Assembly: GCA_964106645.2 (NCBI GenBank)
Contig: OZ067039.1
Strand: one strand, 5' to 3'
Origin: Podarcis pityusensis
Taxonomy: Eukaryota
DNA length: 64,000 nucleotides
Shown here one piece after another: positions 63,466 through 64,000 of this stretch. Within the stretch, counting starts at the first letter, position 1. Every line of letters begins with the position of its first letter. The notes beneath the pieces are model-generated. The model was not told the origin of the DNA, did not search any database, and saw only the letters and a list, made by a program, of their open reading frames with translations. A program made the position numbers and the translations under genes.

Positions 63466-63818
63466 GAGATGCGGGTGGAGCTGTGGGTTAAACCACAGAG
63501 CCTAGGACTTGCCGATCAGAAGGTCGGTGGTTTGAATCCCCACGACGGGGTGAGCTCCCATTGCTGGGTCCCAGCTCCTGCCAACCTAGCAGTTCAAAAG
63601 CACATCAAAGTGCAAGTAGATAAATAGGTACCGCTCCGGCGGAAAGGCAAACGGCGTTTCCGTGCGCTGCTCTGGTTCGCCAGAAGCAGCTTAGTCATGC
63701 TGGCCACATGACCCGGAAGCTGTACGCTGGCTCCCTCGGCCAATAAAGCGAGATGAGCGCCGCAACCCCAGAGTCGGCCACGACTGGACCTAACCATCAG
63801 GGGTCCCTTTACCTTTAC
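63466..63818 (+). mobile_element. Sauria SINE (Squam1), full length
   Basis: Highly similar to 36156-36515; TSD ctaccctgttc at 63452-63462 and 63819-63829. Confidence 0.96.
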
Positions 63819-64000
63819 CTACCCTGTTCACTTCCCCAGGGCAATACGCTTCCTAGTCCCCCTTCCTCTCTTTTCGCCACTCTTCATTTTGGTCTTCTAG
63901 CAACTAACCAGGTCCTGGTTTCTAGTACTCCCGATTTGCATCTTCCTTGGGCTTCATAATGTAATCAGGCTCTTCTCTTCTCATATTCTGTTCCCAAGAG

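Overview
This 64 kb window is non-coding vertebrate genomic DNA from a squamate reptile, most likely a lacertid-type lizard. The organism is inferred from the co-occurrence of Sauria/Squam1, Squam2 and Squam3 SINEs, Bov-B, L2, CR1 and Penelope elements. I recognise no cellular protein-coding exon, rRNA, intact tRNA or CRISPR array, so the window looks like a large intron or gene desert. All ORFs with recognisable homology are decayed retroelement fragments (Bov-B and L2 RT C-termini, CR1 RT, Penelope GIY-YIG endonuclease). It carries many non-autonomous DNA transposons (hAT MITEs with 8-bp TSDs; Tigger/pogo- and Tc2-like MITEs with TA TSDs), microsatellites and TE-free blocks that may be enhancers. 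The most striking observation is at 139-1042. A ~410-nt non-coding insert carries a near-canonical type I hammerhead ribozyme (minus strand, 383-456), is bracketed by a 42-bp duplication of a tRNA-derived SINE head, and was later interrupted by Bov-B. It is a candidate retrozyme or Penelope-derived self-cleaving retroelement, distinct from the ordinary Penelope copy at 24.6-25.1 kb. Repeat family names come from recognition of sequence hallmarks, not a database search, and boundaries of old elements are approximate.
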